DNA of 64,000 bases, taken from contig NMRA01000335.1 of assembly GCA_002633005.1 (NCBI GenBank), positions 186,001 to 250,000 of the forward strand, read 5' to 3'. The notes beneath the pieces were generated by a model, which worked only from the letters and a program-made list of their open reading frames with translations, searched no databases and was not told the DNA's origin. Shown here piece by piece: positions 38,977 to 51,700 of this stretch. Position numbers and translations under genes: made by a program. Source of the DNA: Phoronis australis. Its lineage: Eukaryota > Animalia > Phoronida. The first letter of the stretch is position 1; each line of letters starts with the position of its first letter.

Positions 38977-39131
38977 CAGTGGCGGATTTTGAGGGGGCCA
39001 AGGGAGCCATGGCCCCCTAAAACTCACCCAAATTCCGGTTGGCAGTTCGGGGTGCTAATGTCTGACGGACAAAATCCTGACTAATACCCTGCCCTGCCCC
39101 CCCTTGACTAAAAATCTTGGATCCGCCCCTG
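38977..39131 (-). mobile_element. hAT5-like MITE, family B
   Basis: CAGTGGCGGAT...ATCCGCCCCTG TIRs; perfect 5-bp TSD AATAT; inverted homologue of 14706-14868. Confidence 0.85.
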
Positions 39132-39807
39132 AATATGAGTCATTTTTTAAATTTCCCTCCACGTTTCGTCTGATTTACGACTCCTGCTAGTTTTTTCCGA
39201 AGTCTCTTCTTTTCTACGTTCATGTATTCTACTTCATATTGACTTTTCATTCATCCTTTAATGTGTCATGTCTGATAAGCCGTACATCAGGTTTGATTCG
39301 ATCGTTGCTTTTAATTAATTCCCAAGGTACACGTCGTGTTTTTACATTTTCTATCTTCTGAGAAAGAACGTCTCTAAATGCACAACCGAATCTTTCCTGT
39401 TGCCTGTCTCAGGAAATGGCATGTGCGCCTACATTCTGAAAATGTCAGCCACGCTTACAATCAGAGCAGACAGTTGCCTTCACTAAGGCTAGACACTGAT
39501 GAATTTGATTGTGTTTTGCAAACCGCCGCGTGATATAGTCAAGTTTTTCCAACCTAACCACCAGGGCTCAGTTACATAAAAGTTATGCGCTGTAGCAACA
39601 ATGACGTCGCATTATCACGCGTCACGCTGTATATTGTTGAACAATGCTCCTGACGTCATGCAAGAATCAAACTTATCCAGCAGTTAAATTTGAAGTTTTG
39701 TGCAACCGACCCCTGATTTCTAAACATCACGTGCGTGCTTGCAGTGAATGCAACCCTGTTTTTCATGGCTTATCTCTTTCACGCACCTTATGTAGCTAAC
39801 AGAGCAT

Positions 39808-39945
39808 CAGGCAGATCCAGGATTTTGCTCATGAGGGCTTCAGCACAGGATAAACATAGGGTAGCTTTAGTTGAGATTCCTCCATTACAGCGAGGTAAAT
39901 GGGACCCCAAGCAAGGCCACCCTCCTCTCGCTGGATCTGCCCCTG
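39808..39945 (+). mobile_element. Degenerate MITE with family-B-like termini
   Basis: CAGGCAGATCCAG...CTGGATCTGCCCCTG; no TSD seen. Confidence 0.55.
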
Positions 39946-41289
39946 CAGATTTCAACATTTTTCTTAAGTTTCTAATATTCGTATGTTTCGATTGGAATTA
40001 ACTCCAGTTGTCAAACACTATGTGCATATGAAGTGCGTTATTTAACCCATAATACCTGAAATGGTAAAAAAGGTCTAGTAGTTGTCGGGCAGGGTTATAC
40101 GTTTGTGTCAAAAATCACTCTAAACTTACAAATTAAACGACACCGTTGTTCACGTGAAATATTTTTCTTTAAACGGAATAGTTAGTCGAGCGTTAACACT
40201 TGCCAGCAAAACAATGGACCGCTTACGCGTTTGTAGGGGCCCTGGAACTTATAAGCGAATTGCTTGACTTTTTCGCCTTCATTTGAGCTCCGATTGCATT
40301 TTCAGTGTGTGGAGAAACGTCTAAACATTGGCTTAAAGTCTCCAAAACGCTGCCTGCGTTGAAAAGTATGATTAGGTTGTTTGCCGATATAAAACTGGCC
40401 TTAGCTTCCTTACATTAGAGATAATGCATGCATGAGCACGGGAAAAACTGTGAGATATTTATTGTTTGGAAAGCCAGCATGAACGAGTTGCAATGGATTG
40501 TCATGGTGTGGCCTTTTGTGCGCACTGTCACTGACGGGTAGAATTCAGTTCAATCTGATCTGAATAAAAGACAGTGAAGACAGTGTAGCAATTTTAAAAC
40601 CCAAAGTTTCTATGACGTACAGCAGGTTTAAAGAAGTTGTTTGAGATGGCTGTCTTTATGACAATATACACTATATGTGGGGGCCATGTTGCCGTACAAA
40701 CGTCGCCATTTTGACAGCTGGTTATAGTCGACGCAACTTTTACTACTAACTCTCTTATTACGCCGACGTTCAACCACTGCAATCCATTATAAGCAGCAAG
40801 GACGCTATTTAAATTTTATGCTTTTTCAAAAAGTGCCCAGAAATTATACCACCACCTTTGGATGCTGGTTTCCCAGAGGTTAATCCTCTGCAATGTACTT
40901 ACCACGCAGAATTGTCATGCGAGCTACATTGAATTACAGACACCGACAGAATTGCCTTTTTCACTTAAGTTGGAGACAGCCGAAGCAGCACGTTCGCTAT
41001 TTTTATATACCATAACTCCCACTAGAATTTTGAGTTTGTCTTCATCGTGAATACGGACGATGGGCAACGCATGACGTGTAACGTTGACTGTTAGATATGT
41101 TTTCAAGTGTGATAACTAACTGGTTTCTAGCAAAAGGGTTTCTTAACTTTTAAGAAGCGTTTTGCAAAAATTATCGATTGTCAATATCAGATGTGTGCCG
41201 TATACTTGCTGCTTGCTCTTTTTCGATAGTTGTGATAAAAATCTGCAAGACAAGCCCGCACCTAACGATACTGTTGTTATATTTTACAG

Positions 41290-41318
41290 TTGAACAAAAC
41301 ACGAGGAGTCAGGAATGA
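41290..41318 (+). CDS. Candidate terminal coding exon ((V)EQNTRSQE*)
   Basis: TTATTTTACAG acceptor; phase matches the 30348 donor; followed by UTR-like sequence with AATAAA near 42056 and 45551. Confidence 0.45.
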
Positions 41319-42565
41319 AATCTGATGCGGATGTCTCAGTCTTGCCAGGGAACCTCAGACTGCGGTGAATTGTTGACGGCTTTGTTCACCATAATCTTGG
41401 CAAGCTGACATCGCAGGATTTTGTGAGACTTCGAGGGATTTCAACCGACTTTGAATGCGGCATGGACAACCGCGACAGTGATAATGGTCTTCGGGTTGCT
41501 CAGGTGAAATCGGTTTAATGAATGCTTTAAGTCGATTTTCAGTTGAAGATCCGTAGCTTTCATCACCATTATGACTGGCCGCAGTGACACCTCGTGGCCA
41601 TCGAAATTGTTGAGTGCAATGTAGAAACTTGTTTCAAAACGATCGTTTGTCCACACGATCGAAGGGCGTGTTTTGTCCACAGGTTGGCTTCGTCTTTGTT
41701 CTGACTGGGGTATTGCATATTTAGCCGACTGTGATTTGGAGAAGCGGTTTGGTGAAGCGGTCTTCTCGAGAACATTACGAAAATGGGTACCAGTGACGTA
41801 CTTGTGTTTATTTCATGTTTTCCCATATTCCTTGGTGTTTTTAGAAGTAACTTGTTTTTGTTATGATTGCAAGCGGAAATTGAAGTGCTTAGGTATGGTG
41901 ATGAGTGTTGATTTAAATGTATTCCGGCAAAAGCATGCAAATTAAGATCACCCATGGGTGAACAGTTTAAACGTTTACGTGTACAGTACATTATAGCTGT
42001 TGAGTTTGCATTTTGTTTTACTGAAATACGATGTCTATTTAAGCTATAATTACTAAATAAAGTAAGTATGCCATTTGTTTTTCGCTCCTCAGGAACAAGG
42101 AGATGGACATAAAGGCGTACAAATTAACGTTTTCGGCAGGAAATCCTGACAATTTGACTGCATATCTTAAGAAGTTTTGCTCCTCTAGTCGGTGAGAGAA
42201 CACGGTTTATAAGTACGACTGATTAGAAAACGGAAGTCCCAAAATGACTGATTTAAGCATTGCAAGTTCATTGTTTGGGAAACATGGCTTGAGTTTGAAA
42301 TGTTAGAGTACTTTTAGGGTGAATTTCGGGCACTATAGTGCAGTAAAAAGAATAGCTGAGTGTGCATCGGAAATGCTTAGAAATTTGTTGTTTCTGAGCG
42401 ATTTACTGAAAATTGCATTGAGTATTAATATTAAAAAGGCATTTCCTTTTAACACTATTTGAAACAAAGCAAACTATTCAAAGAAACAAAGGATATTTTT
42501 CAAACTGATCCCCGTTGTGGTAAAATGATTTCCATCCCTATATCATCCCGGGCGCTGGCATAAAC

Positions 42566-43121
42566 AAAAGCTTTTTCAATTTCATGGAAATTAGGATTGA
42601 AAACAAATGGCACTTACTTTTTGAGTAGTTTATATGGCGCTTCATATTCCAGTGTTGCAACATGAATAATCCTATAGCATGCATGTTTATTTTTTCACAG
42701 AGTTCGCAGTTATTAAACGTCTAGGAACTGCAATAGATCTAGGGCCCGTTCCAACAAAACTGACTTAGCTAAGACAAATCTTAAATTTTAGTAAATTTTA
42801 AAATAAAAGTTGAATTTGTCTCAAAACCAAATGAAGAAAAAGATCTTAAGTTTGACTTATGTGTATGACCTAAGTTTTGTCTTAATTTTGACCAACTTTT
42901 CAAATGTGGAAGTTTCAAAGTTCGGAAGTTAAGACAAATCTTANAAAAGCTTTTTCAATTTCATGGAAATTAGGATTGAAAACAAATGGCACTTACTTTT
43001 TGAGTAGTTTATATGGCGCTTCATATTCCAGTGTTGCAACATGAATAATCCTATAGCATGCATGTTTATTTTTTCACAGAGTTCGCAGTTATTAAGCGTC
43101 TAGGAACTGCAATAGATCTAG
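42566..43121. other. Haplotype duplication across N42944
   Basis: 42566-42742 equals 42945-43121 (177 bp, one SNP seen). Confidence 0.85.
42743..42943 (+). mobile_element. 5' part of a Harbinger-type MITE, truncated by N42944
   Basis: Starts GGCCCGTTCCAACAAAAC right after TAG; internal TAAGACAAATCTTA repeats; absent from the second copy of the flank. Confidence 0.65.
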
Positions 43122-44825
43122 ACTACACTGTATGCCGGTGAGTCTATGAATGAGGTATCAGTTTCCACAAACTAAATAAAGGACCTTCATGTTGGTCACC
43201 GACAGATGATATTGTCAATTAGAGAAAATTGAGCAGAGAAACAATTATTGCTTCACCTTAAGATTTGCCAACTAGGGTATACTAGGCGACGCGTTTGTAT
43301 GCTCAAATATGTACTTTTCAGTGCAGTTATGGTAAAACCATAATATGCGAAGATTGTCAACGAGGTTGTATTGAGACTTGTAGATAACGTTGCCTGATTC
43401 CGGCATTTGGAAAACTGAAAATTGTGAGGACGTGTTATAGCTCGGCGCAGGCGAAGAGCTACTTATACGAGTCCAGCTGACATCCTCTAATCAAAGAGGT
43501 GGCGCATTACTCAAGTCAAAGGTCACTTCGCACATTACTCACATGGGGGCGTGAAAATACAATAGTTGACTTACATGTCAACCATTATTTGCTCAAACCG
43601 TGGCATTTTTGAAAAAAAAAACATACCAAACTATAGCACTGACGAAATGGATCAAAATACTGAGTGTTCGAATGGCAAAATGCATTACATACTCTCTTGT
43701 AAATCTCGTTAGGGTGCGTGAGCGAGTGAATGGTGAACGGCAAAGGGAATGTTCAATTAATTGACGCAAATCAGAGATTATTTCGACAAAACGAAGGTTT
43801 GAGAAATTTTTTGTCAGCAAAACAGTGTAACAAGTATGTATACATAACATACGTAGCATTTTAGCTCTACGGCGTAGCACTGCAGAAACAGCAAATATCT
43901 TACCAATGAAGTGCGTAAAAACGTATTGGTCGACATGTATGAGTTGGATGAAGACCTTATTTGTGATTCATTCAATTCGGGAGATTGAATATCGCGGCGC
44001 CGCTGTCGTTTTTCAAATGCATTGTTATCTCTTCGTGAACATGCGGTGATGTTTCAGTTAACTTATGGATGTGTAATCCGATTCATAATTTGCATTTTAG
44101 GTGGTGTTATTTGACTTCAGTGTAGTCGGATGGTACGTGCTTCTATAATTCATGTATATAAGACTTGCTGATCGATGTATTTGAAGCATTTTTTAATTTT
44201 TCTTTCGTGGTTGCATCGTAGGACCAAAAAGCATGTTGCAGTGTGACCCATACTTTTTATTCCACGCGGGTGACAGGTGTTATTTTCCGTCATAAGACAG
44301 CACCAACCTATCTATGGCTGCTCTTGTCTGACTCGGTCGATTTTGCCGGGTCAACGGGCTATGACATAGCTTCGGTTCAGTAATGTTAGGACCTAGCTAA
44401 AATCTAGCCAAAGCCACGTGTTCTCATTTAAAATACACGGTAATCATATCTTAAGTTATCTCGCGAAGTCTTGCTTTTAGTGAGATCCTAGTGTTACTGA
44501 AGTGGAGGCTGGTTGTTCTCAGTGACGACTTCCAGCTTAATGACCAATCAGATGTCTCAGCTAGTTATTCCGGCGATTACAATCAAGTTCATTCAATGAG
44601 TCGCCGACCTGTGTGCGAGCCGACAACTGTCCCATTCGGAAAACAACATCAACGCCGCTAATTGAATTCGTTTTAACGTACACGAATTCTCCCGAACTGT
44701 TCACATCTTGACGTGAGGTATGAGCGACATGTACTTGTATGCTCATCGTTGTATTTAAGGTATGTATGAGTCAGCTGAGCTTGTCGTACATTCAGCTCTT
44801 CGTCTTCGGCGAACCTATGACTCCT

Positions 44826-44972
44826 GTCGGGCGGCGCACCATAGGGGGCTGGGGGGCTATAGCTCCCCCCACTTTTTCCAGTGCTATGCTACACATGGTC
44901 TATAGGCGATGCACCACAGGGGGACTGAGGGGGCTTTAACCCCCCACTTTTTTCAATGCTGCGCCGCCCATG
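44826..44972 (-). mobile_element. CATG-terminated MITE, family C (inverted copy)
   Basis: Reverse-complement homologue of 48644-48786; one terminus is decayed. Confidence 0.75.
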
Positions 44973-46824
44973 CTTAGGTGTCTGAAAAATAGTCCAATCC
45001 CTTCATCGCAAGGTGTAAAGCAGTGCATTGCACTCAATGCACCCGTACGCGTATAATTACGGGTTGGTAGAGCCATTAGATATCAAAGCAACGTCAAACT
45101 TTCACGGAGCCATCATGTCTACTAAAGGGTTTTGTTCCAGGATGATGCCGTGACACGAATTTAGCGCGTGTGGACATCAGTGCGCATGCCTTAGTTTGGA
45201 GTTTTTTTTGTAAACGAATTGCCCGGGAAGAAGCCGGAAATGTAGTGAATCGTTCTATCGTTTAGTTGATGACTTTTTGTCTCAAGTGAGTCACAGAAAA
45301 CGAACTTGTGTGGAACGTACGCATCGATTTAGTCTGTTGTCGTCAACAGCAGTCGCAAGTACGCCGCAAAGGCATTCCTCGGGAATGTTTGAATATTACC
45401 TGATCAGAGTGGGAATGTCCTCATGGTTCGTCATTCTTTTAGTCACCGAGAAGCATAATTGAAAGTACTCGTAACATTGGGAATGTTTCGGTCATGCGAA
45501 TAAGTAAGACCGATACGTGACATTTTAATTTTTGTATGTTGTGACTTGTGAATAAATTGTTTGTACTTACAGTAGGCTTATTAATATACATGTATTATGA
45601 TATCTAGTGAAATCGCAAGTTGGTCGTCAGAGCGTCTTTTTTAAAGGTAACGACTCTGCATATCTCCATTGGCAAAGGTCATGACCTCAACCCCTGAAAC
45701 TTAGGAACATCTCTTCAAAGAGTAGACGTTATGCGAATAAGAATTACTGGCCGAAATGTAGGCCCGATAGCGGCCAGATGGAAAACTCAAGTAGTCGCCT
45801 ATGCTACAAACGTTGTCTAGTCTGTAGTTCGATGTTAACCACGGCTTAACCATCAAGTGGTTTATTAAGTTAGAGGGCCAGAAACTCAGGGCGACCTCAG
45901 TCCACTGCAAAATCTGTAACCTGCGAGTGGTAACAGTTGGTGGGGATGGGCACTTGTTTAGTATACATGTGCTTGTAACTGTGATCGAGTTTTAACAGGT
46001 GAAATTTGCTGTGTTCAAATAAAAAACAAACAGGTGCAGGCGAGAAAATGCCGGATGATCTTAGCTTTTAATAGATTTATTAGCTAATCAATTTCTACCC
46101 AGTGTACCTGTAAACACATGTCCGGCGACCCCGCCAATATCGTGACCTGGGTTCCTGTCAGTCTCAGAAGTGTCGGTCCTTCCCAGCATTCTCTCTATGA
46201 GACGAACCGACAGAGGTTATCAGTTTCTGCTTAGCGCAGTTCTGGTGGTATTTCAGCCATATCCACTCGGTAGTCTCTCCTGTTTCATCTGCTACCTTCA
46301 GGATATATCGAGGTCTATTTCCTTATTGTCTTCACTCTCAACTTCTGTCCAATTTGAGCCACTGAGCCACTGGAAACACATCTACAACCGATCTCGACCG
46401 GGAACACCCAACAGTGCCAGCGTTTTTACACAAGCACCCGGTCCGCTCCCTGAGGTCGTTGCAAAACAATGACCGTCGAATTCAAGCAGCAGCCCGACTT
46501 CTTTGAGCGAATTAGGGGCTGATAATTTGAAAATTGTATTGTGACGAAAAAGCTCTTATTTCATCTGTGTTTCAAAAATAACGAATCTGACGGTTTTTCT
46601 AGAACCTCTTGCAATATTAAACAGTACACACCATGGATTTTTTGCACATTTTGAATTACCGGAGGCCACAGACTAATGTATGACGTAAAATTTAGCTAAA
46701 CCCACGTTTATTTTCTGTAATTAGCTCGAAATTTTGATTTTTCTTTCAATTTTGCCAATTTTCACATTTCCCGCCATGTGACGTCATGGGTTGAACACAA
46801 GAGATCAGTGACTAGCATTGAACA

Positions 46825-47094
46825 ATGGCGGGGAGCAGGGAATTTGAAAGCGACGGCGATTATGATCAAGAATTGAACGAATACTATGAAGAAACGTACG
46901 GGTATGGTGGCCAGGATGAGGAAATGGGGTTGCACGAAAGCGAGAACAAATTTAATGTGCTTCCGGCTGCGTACTTTTCTACTTTGAGCCTTACGAATTG
47001 GATCCTCCAGCGAGGAGAAGCGGCCTCGGGCTCGGCGTGTCAACCCAGTCATCCAACAGACGATCCTGAATTAAGAGCCGATGTTTCTGAATGA
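46825..47094 (+). pseudogene. Acidic ORF start, probable truncated transposon accessory gene
   Basis: ACAATGGCG start, MAGSREFESDGDYDQELNEYYEE...; a shifted frame at ~46977 reads FYFEPYELDPP; converges on the THAP remnant. Confidence 0.45.
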
Positions 47095-47107
47095 TAAATA
47101 TTATCCT

Positions 47108-47330
47108 TTATTGAATCAGGCCTTCTTCGTAACGTCTCCTGTGACTGGAGTCGAAACACGAGTCCTCAAAGTGGGCAGAACAAAGAGTGACCCCGGACCG
47201 AATCGCTTGGTCCACTATGAGGTCCCACACTCTCGTTCGGCGCACGAAGCGATGCCACTTCTGCGCAACTTAGGTGTCCTTCGGAACACCGAGACGTTCT
47301 CCGCCTGGCTGCTGCTTTTCATCCCTCTAC
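47108..47330 (-). pseudogene. Decayed THAP zinc-finger domain
   Basis: ENVSVF..., then VAQKWHRFVRRTRVWDL...VTLCSAHFEDSCF: the THAP W...CSxHF signature, with a frameshift/stop upstream and the N-terminal CxxxxC lost. Confidence 0.75.
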
Positions 47331-48643
47331 GAACCTTCTCGACGCTAAATGTACTTTGCTTCAGTTCACTTCACTAGATATACACTTTGTCTCTGATCCG
47401 AACAGTAAAGCGAACGACTTGGGTTCAACCCATGACGTTGTACATAATCATTATTTTTTTCAATTTTTGCGTGTTTCTTAATGAGCTGTGCAATAAAGGC
47501 ACTGAAATAAAGTAAGATATAATAATAAAATTTATTTTGAGGTACTAGAGTCATGTTGTGTACACTTTAAAAGTGAATAACTCACGTTAGCATCACCAAA
47601 GATTCGCCAAGATCTGCTTGAATTGTATTTTCACGAGTTTTTGCGTTCCATGTCTTAATTAATGCTGTTATCACCACCTGTCGATGTGTCCAAGTACATT
47701 ACTAAGACCGTTCTTAGCGTTGCTCGTGCCACGTGTCCTGTAAATAAAGCTTGACTGTTTGAGTCGGCGCTAAAAATCCAGCCATTGGCCGTCGTTAAGT
47801 ACACTGTATGCTTATCGTATCCCTGGGCTTAGTTGATACTGCCTTGCGTTTCTCTGCCAGTTTGCGGAACTTTGTAAATGAGTACTTGCTACTGACCATT
47901 TTCCATCATTTAGGCTACAAACTAATGAAAGATTTCAAGTTAGAAAGTCTTGTTGCTTAGCCATCGATACCTAGAAACACATTTAAACCTACTAGAAATA
48001 GATAAAAATACCAAGCCAACTTTCAAAAATCGTGATTTGTATGAAGTGCTGTTACACTATACACTATTTTCATTATGTACTTGAGTATATTCAAAATGTG
48101 GTATCAGTTGGCAAAATTTTCGATCAGACCCTCGTCGGTTCGTCGTAAACTGTGCTCTCCGTGGGGCCATCAATTTCTTTCCAATCGGTGCTTCTGGTTT
48201 ATGCAGCAGCCTCTAACCAATGAGCTATATAGCTCATTGCTCTAACCTATGTCGGTTTTCATTATGTAATTGCGTTAACAGATAATTGGGCACTGTGGGT
48301 ATACCCGCACTCATGTCGGATCCCTGCAGAGTGCTGGCGAGCGCTCAAGAACATCCTTTAATTATTGCGACAGTAACATAGCACAGTTGCAGGTGCGATA
48401 GCATAGTACCACATGGTGTTTCAAGTAGGAAATTAAAAATTGTTATGGGACATAGGCAAAGTCTGCCTGCGCCCCACTACAATCCAACGCCCTACGCGTC
48501 ATCATTCTGGACCGCTTGGTCTTCGTCAACGATATTCCAACTTCCCTATTCATCCAGGCTTTCCTTTGACGCTAAAACTGATAGGGCCATCGCACGCTTC
48601 TTATGTCCCATCAAACGCGTGCAGTCGCCTTTGAGGTCCTATG

Positions 48644-48786
48644 CATGGGCGGCGCAGCACTAAAAAAAGTGGGGGCTAAAGCCCCCTAAGCCCCCTGCGG
48701 TGCATCGCCTATAGACCATGTGCGGCGTAGCACTGAAAAAAGTGGGGGGCCGTAGCCCCCCAGCCCCCTATGGTGCGGCGCCCATG
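48644..48786 (+). mobile_element. CATG-terminated MITE, family C (hAT5-like)
   Basis: 13-bp TIR CATGGGCGSCGCA; 5-bp TSD CTATG at 48639-48643 and 48787-48791. Confidence 0.85.
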
Positions 48787-51700
48787 CTATGTGATTTTTT
48801 GAAAAGATTGTATCAAGAAATTGGCCTACACCAACTACAGTACAGTATATTTGATACAATAGTGGAACTAGGATGCAGCAAGGACAAGCACTGCGGGTGG
48901 ACGAAAATTAGTGACTCACAGTCCCAAAAATGTATGCCGGTGTCTTTTTTACAGTCGTGATCGGAAAGGGAGGATGACCTCGGGGCTTACCCACCGGCGG
49001 ACGATGATGCCCCGGGTTCTATTGTATAACCTATTGTCTCTTGACTTGCCACCAAAATTTTCCCCACAAGCCAGTCGCCACAGCGTATACATTTTGTCGC
49101 ACCGCGGCACAAACAGTTCGTTGTGCAGTGGATGAAAATCATTTCAAAGCCAGAATGTAAACTTTTACTAATAGCAAAACTCGTGTGAAAGTACAAGATG
49201 ATGGACGTTCATTTGTTAGAGGACGTGATTAACGACTATCTTTAGCAGAAGGATGCGCTGAGTGTAGCAGGCACGTGATTGTTTATCAAAACCAAACCAA
49301 CAGTCAGTCAGAAACAGTTTAGAAGAACGGACACAAGCACTTGCAAACGGGCGACACCTTTAGAGTACCTCGTTAAAACCTTGAACCTTGAATATACAAT
49401 TTTTAGCAAGCGCTATCTAGTGACTTCCTTCAACATTTGTGTAACTGTTGCATAAACTGTGTTTTTAATAACAACTCTGCAAATATTAAGACTGAAAAAG
49501 AGCATAAGTGTGCACATTTGGTGTGGATTCTGAACACCGCACAAACATAAAATGCTGGTTCTATAAGCAAATAAGGCGTTCGTTATCAGTTAAATGGAAC
49601 GAGAAAGACCGCGCTGTTTTGGGTGTTTCCAAGGATTCCTTTCCATTATAAGAAATGTGCAGTGGGATGTAAATGAACACAAATCTCGCAGAAACCAAGT
49701 TAGATATTACAGTGTCAACGCGGCGTCTCTAAAAACGACTTGACCTGTCCAGGGACACAACCCCTGCCCCGCTTGTGACATACATGTACCTCTTTCAAGG
49801 TTGGTCTGTTTGTCTTTTCCTGGTGGGTCAATGCTAGACGCTGTGACCAGAGCTGCGACCTGTTGACACTGTAAGGAGTGTGAGGGATAGGAGCGATATT
49901 TATATCTCGTGCAATTTTCATCAATGGGAACATTTGAAAATTTACCTGGAAGAAGTTTAAAGTTCAATGGCACCTATATTTGAATCACGTGCAGTGTGGA
50001 AATGAAAGACTAAAAGGTTAAGAAAACTGTTTGTACTGCAGAATAACAACGATACAATTTACAATAGATATAAGTTACAACGGATAAAATTTACAATCGA
50101 AGCAATTTTTTGTCATAACAATGGTTGTCAAACATTGTTGAGTACGAAAAATAAATTCCGTTTTCAGGCACACACCTTGAGCACTGTGAACCCACTAACT
50201 AACCCAAAGTATTTGATATATTGCAAATATTCATTTAAATCCACCGAATTGTTCTATATACAGAATTCATGAAAAATGCGTACTTCATGTCACGTGAGAC
50301 CGTGCCAGTGACAATACTTTAGGCATTTAAACATTAGTTCTTATGCAAATTAGTTTAACATCAATGTTTAAAACGTGCACATACAAAATTTTAAAAGCCG
50401 TAGTTTATTGCTGCAGCTCTAGCCAGTTTCCTCATTAGGACTGTGCTCAATCTCCGGGAGGAAGGAATGTTACGACCCGCATGAGAAGAAACTAAGTAAA
50501 TGATCGACTAGACAACAGTAGCTCGTCAGTAACAGCAACACCAAACGGTCATCATGCCTATCGTGTGCACTGAATACCACAGAGGTCCAACGGGTAATTA
50601 TTTTGAGAAAATTCCCACAAGTGAGAGCGAGCAACGCTTCTAGTAAACTTAGAATTGCCTCTGAAGGACACAGCACTAGTGTTTCGAAAAGTGGCGGGCG
50701 AACCCTTCGACTAATAGACGCATAACTGCTGAATTTCGCTAATATCTCACTCAAAGCGATTTGACACAATACGGTTGAAGTCAAGAATTATAATGGTTGA
50801 CGTCAAGAAGTATAACTGACATTAGGGATTACGGAACTTTCGTGATTTGTCAGAAAAATTCGCAGATGACGTGCTTCCGTGACAGTAACCAAAGTGCTAC
50901 ATTTCACGACGATCCACCTGGGGTCTTGACAGATATGAAATCAAACAAAAACAACAAAAATCTAACATATCCGGCGTTATATGAGCCAGCAGTAGTTGCA
51001 CTGACGTCTAAAAATCAACATCATCTCCAAAATGGCAACACTCGTGTCATAATTTCACGAAGAACCTCGGTGTTTGAGAGTTAGAACTACTGACACAGGA
51101 AGGACGCCATGCAGAGATGACTGCAATATACACCGACTTGGTGACACCACTGTTGCTGGGCTGTGGTTGGATGCTAGGGCAAGAAACAATGCAAAGTGAA
51201 GACTAAAACTCCGATGTTAAAGACCCGTTTTCAACAAAAGTATCTTCATAATATAGTGAAAAGTAAAATCGATAGAAATCGACTAAACTCAAAATGTATA
51301 GTAATATGATGTATAACAATCGAACGTTTTACCAAGAGGGTCGAATGACGGAGTATCAAATATGCTGCACGACAACAGCGTACATGTACAAACAGCCAGA
51401 GACCAATCTACAGGCGCTAATTTTTATTGAACACAAGTGGTATTTTTGGTTTGTCATCAGGTGTTCAATGGTGGTTCTAGTTCTAGATCTTTGACTGAGA
51501 ATCCTACGTGTAATTATCTTGTTCCTCGTTAGTAATCCCAGTCCATTTAAAGAGGCTTTGTTACCAGATATAGACTTCTAATGATCGCGTGCAATCGGAA
51601 ACGTTGAATCTTAGAAACTACATTTTCAGTACAATAGTCGGTAGAGTACAGAATTCGAAATTGCGAGGAAGGGCTTCAAAGAGAGGTTTTTCCTCATCCC

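Larger units (their letters stand above)
46621..47566. mobile_element. Internally deleted Kolobok-like DNA transposon
   Basis: TTAA on both sides; imperfect 15-bp TIR (ACAGTACACACCATG vs AGTGTACACAACATG); exact subterminal inverted 16-mer (46781-46796/47423-47438); decayed THAP domain on minus and an acidic ORF start on plus. Confidence 0.7.

Noticed and set aside
44826-48786. Composite transposon bounded by two inverted family-C MITEs and carrying the Kolobok remnant
   Set aside because: The right MITE has its own TSD (CTATG) on both sides and no shared outer TSD exists, so the insertions are independent.
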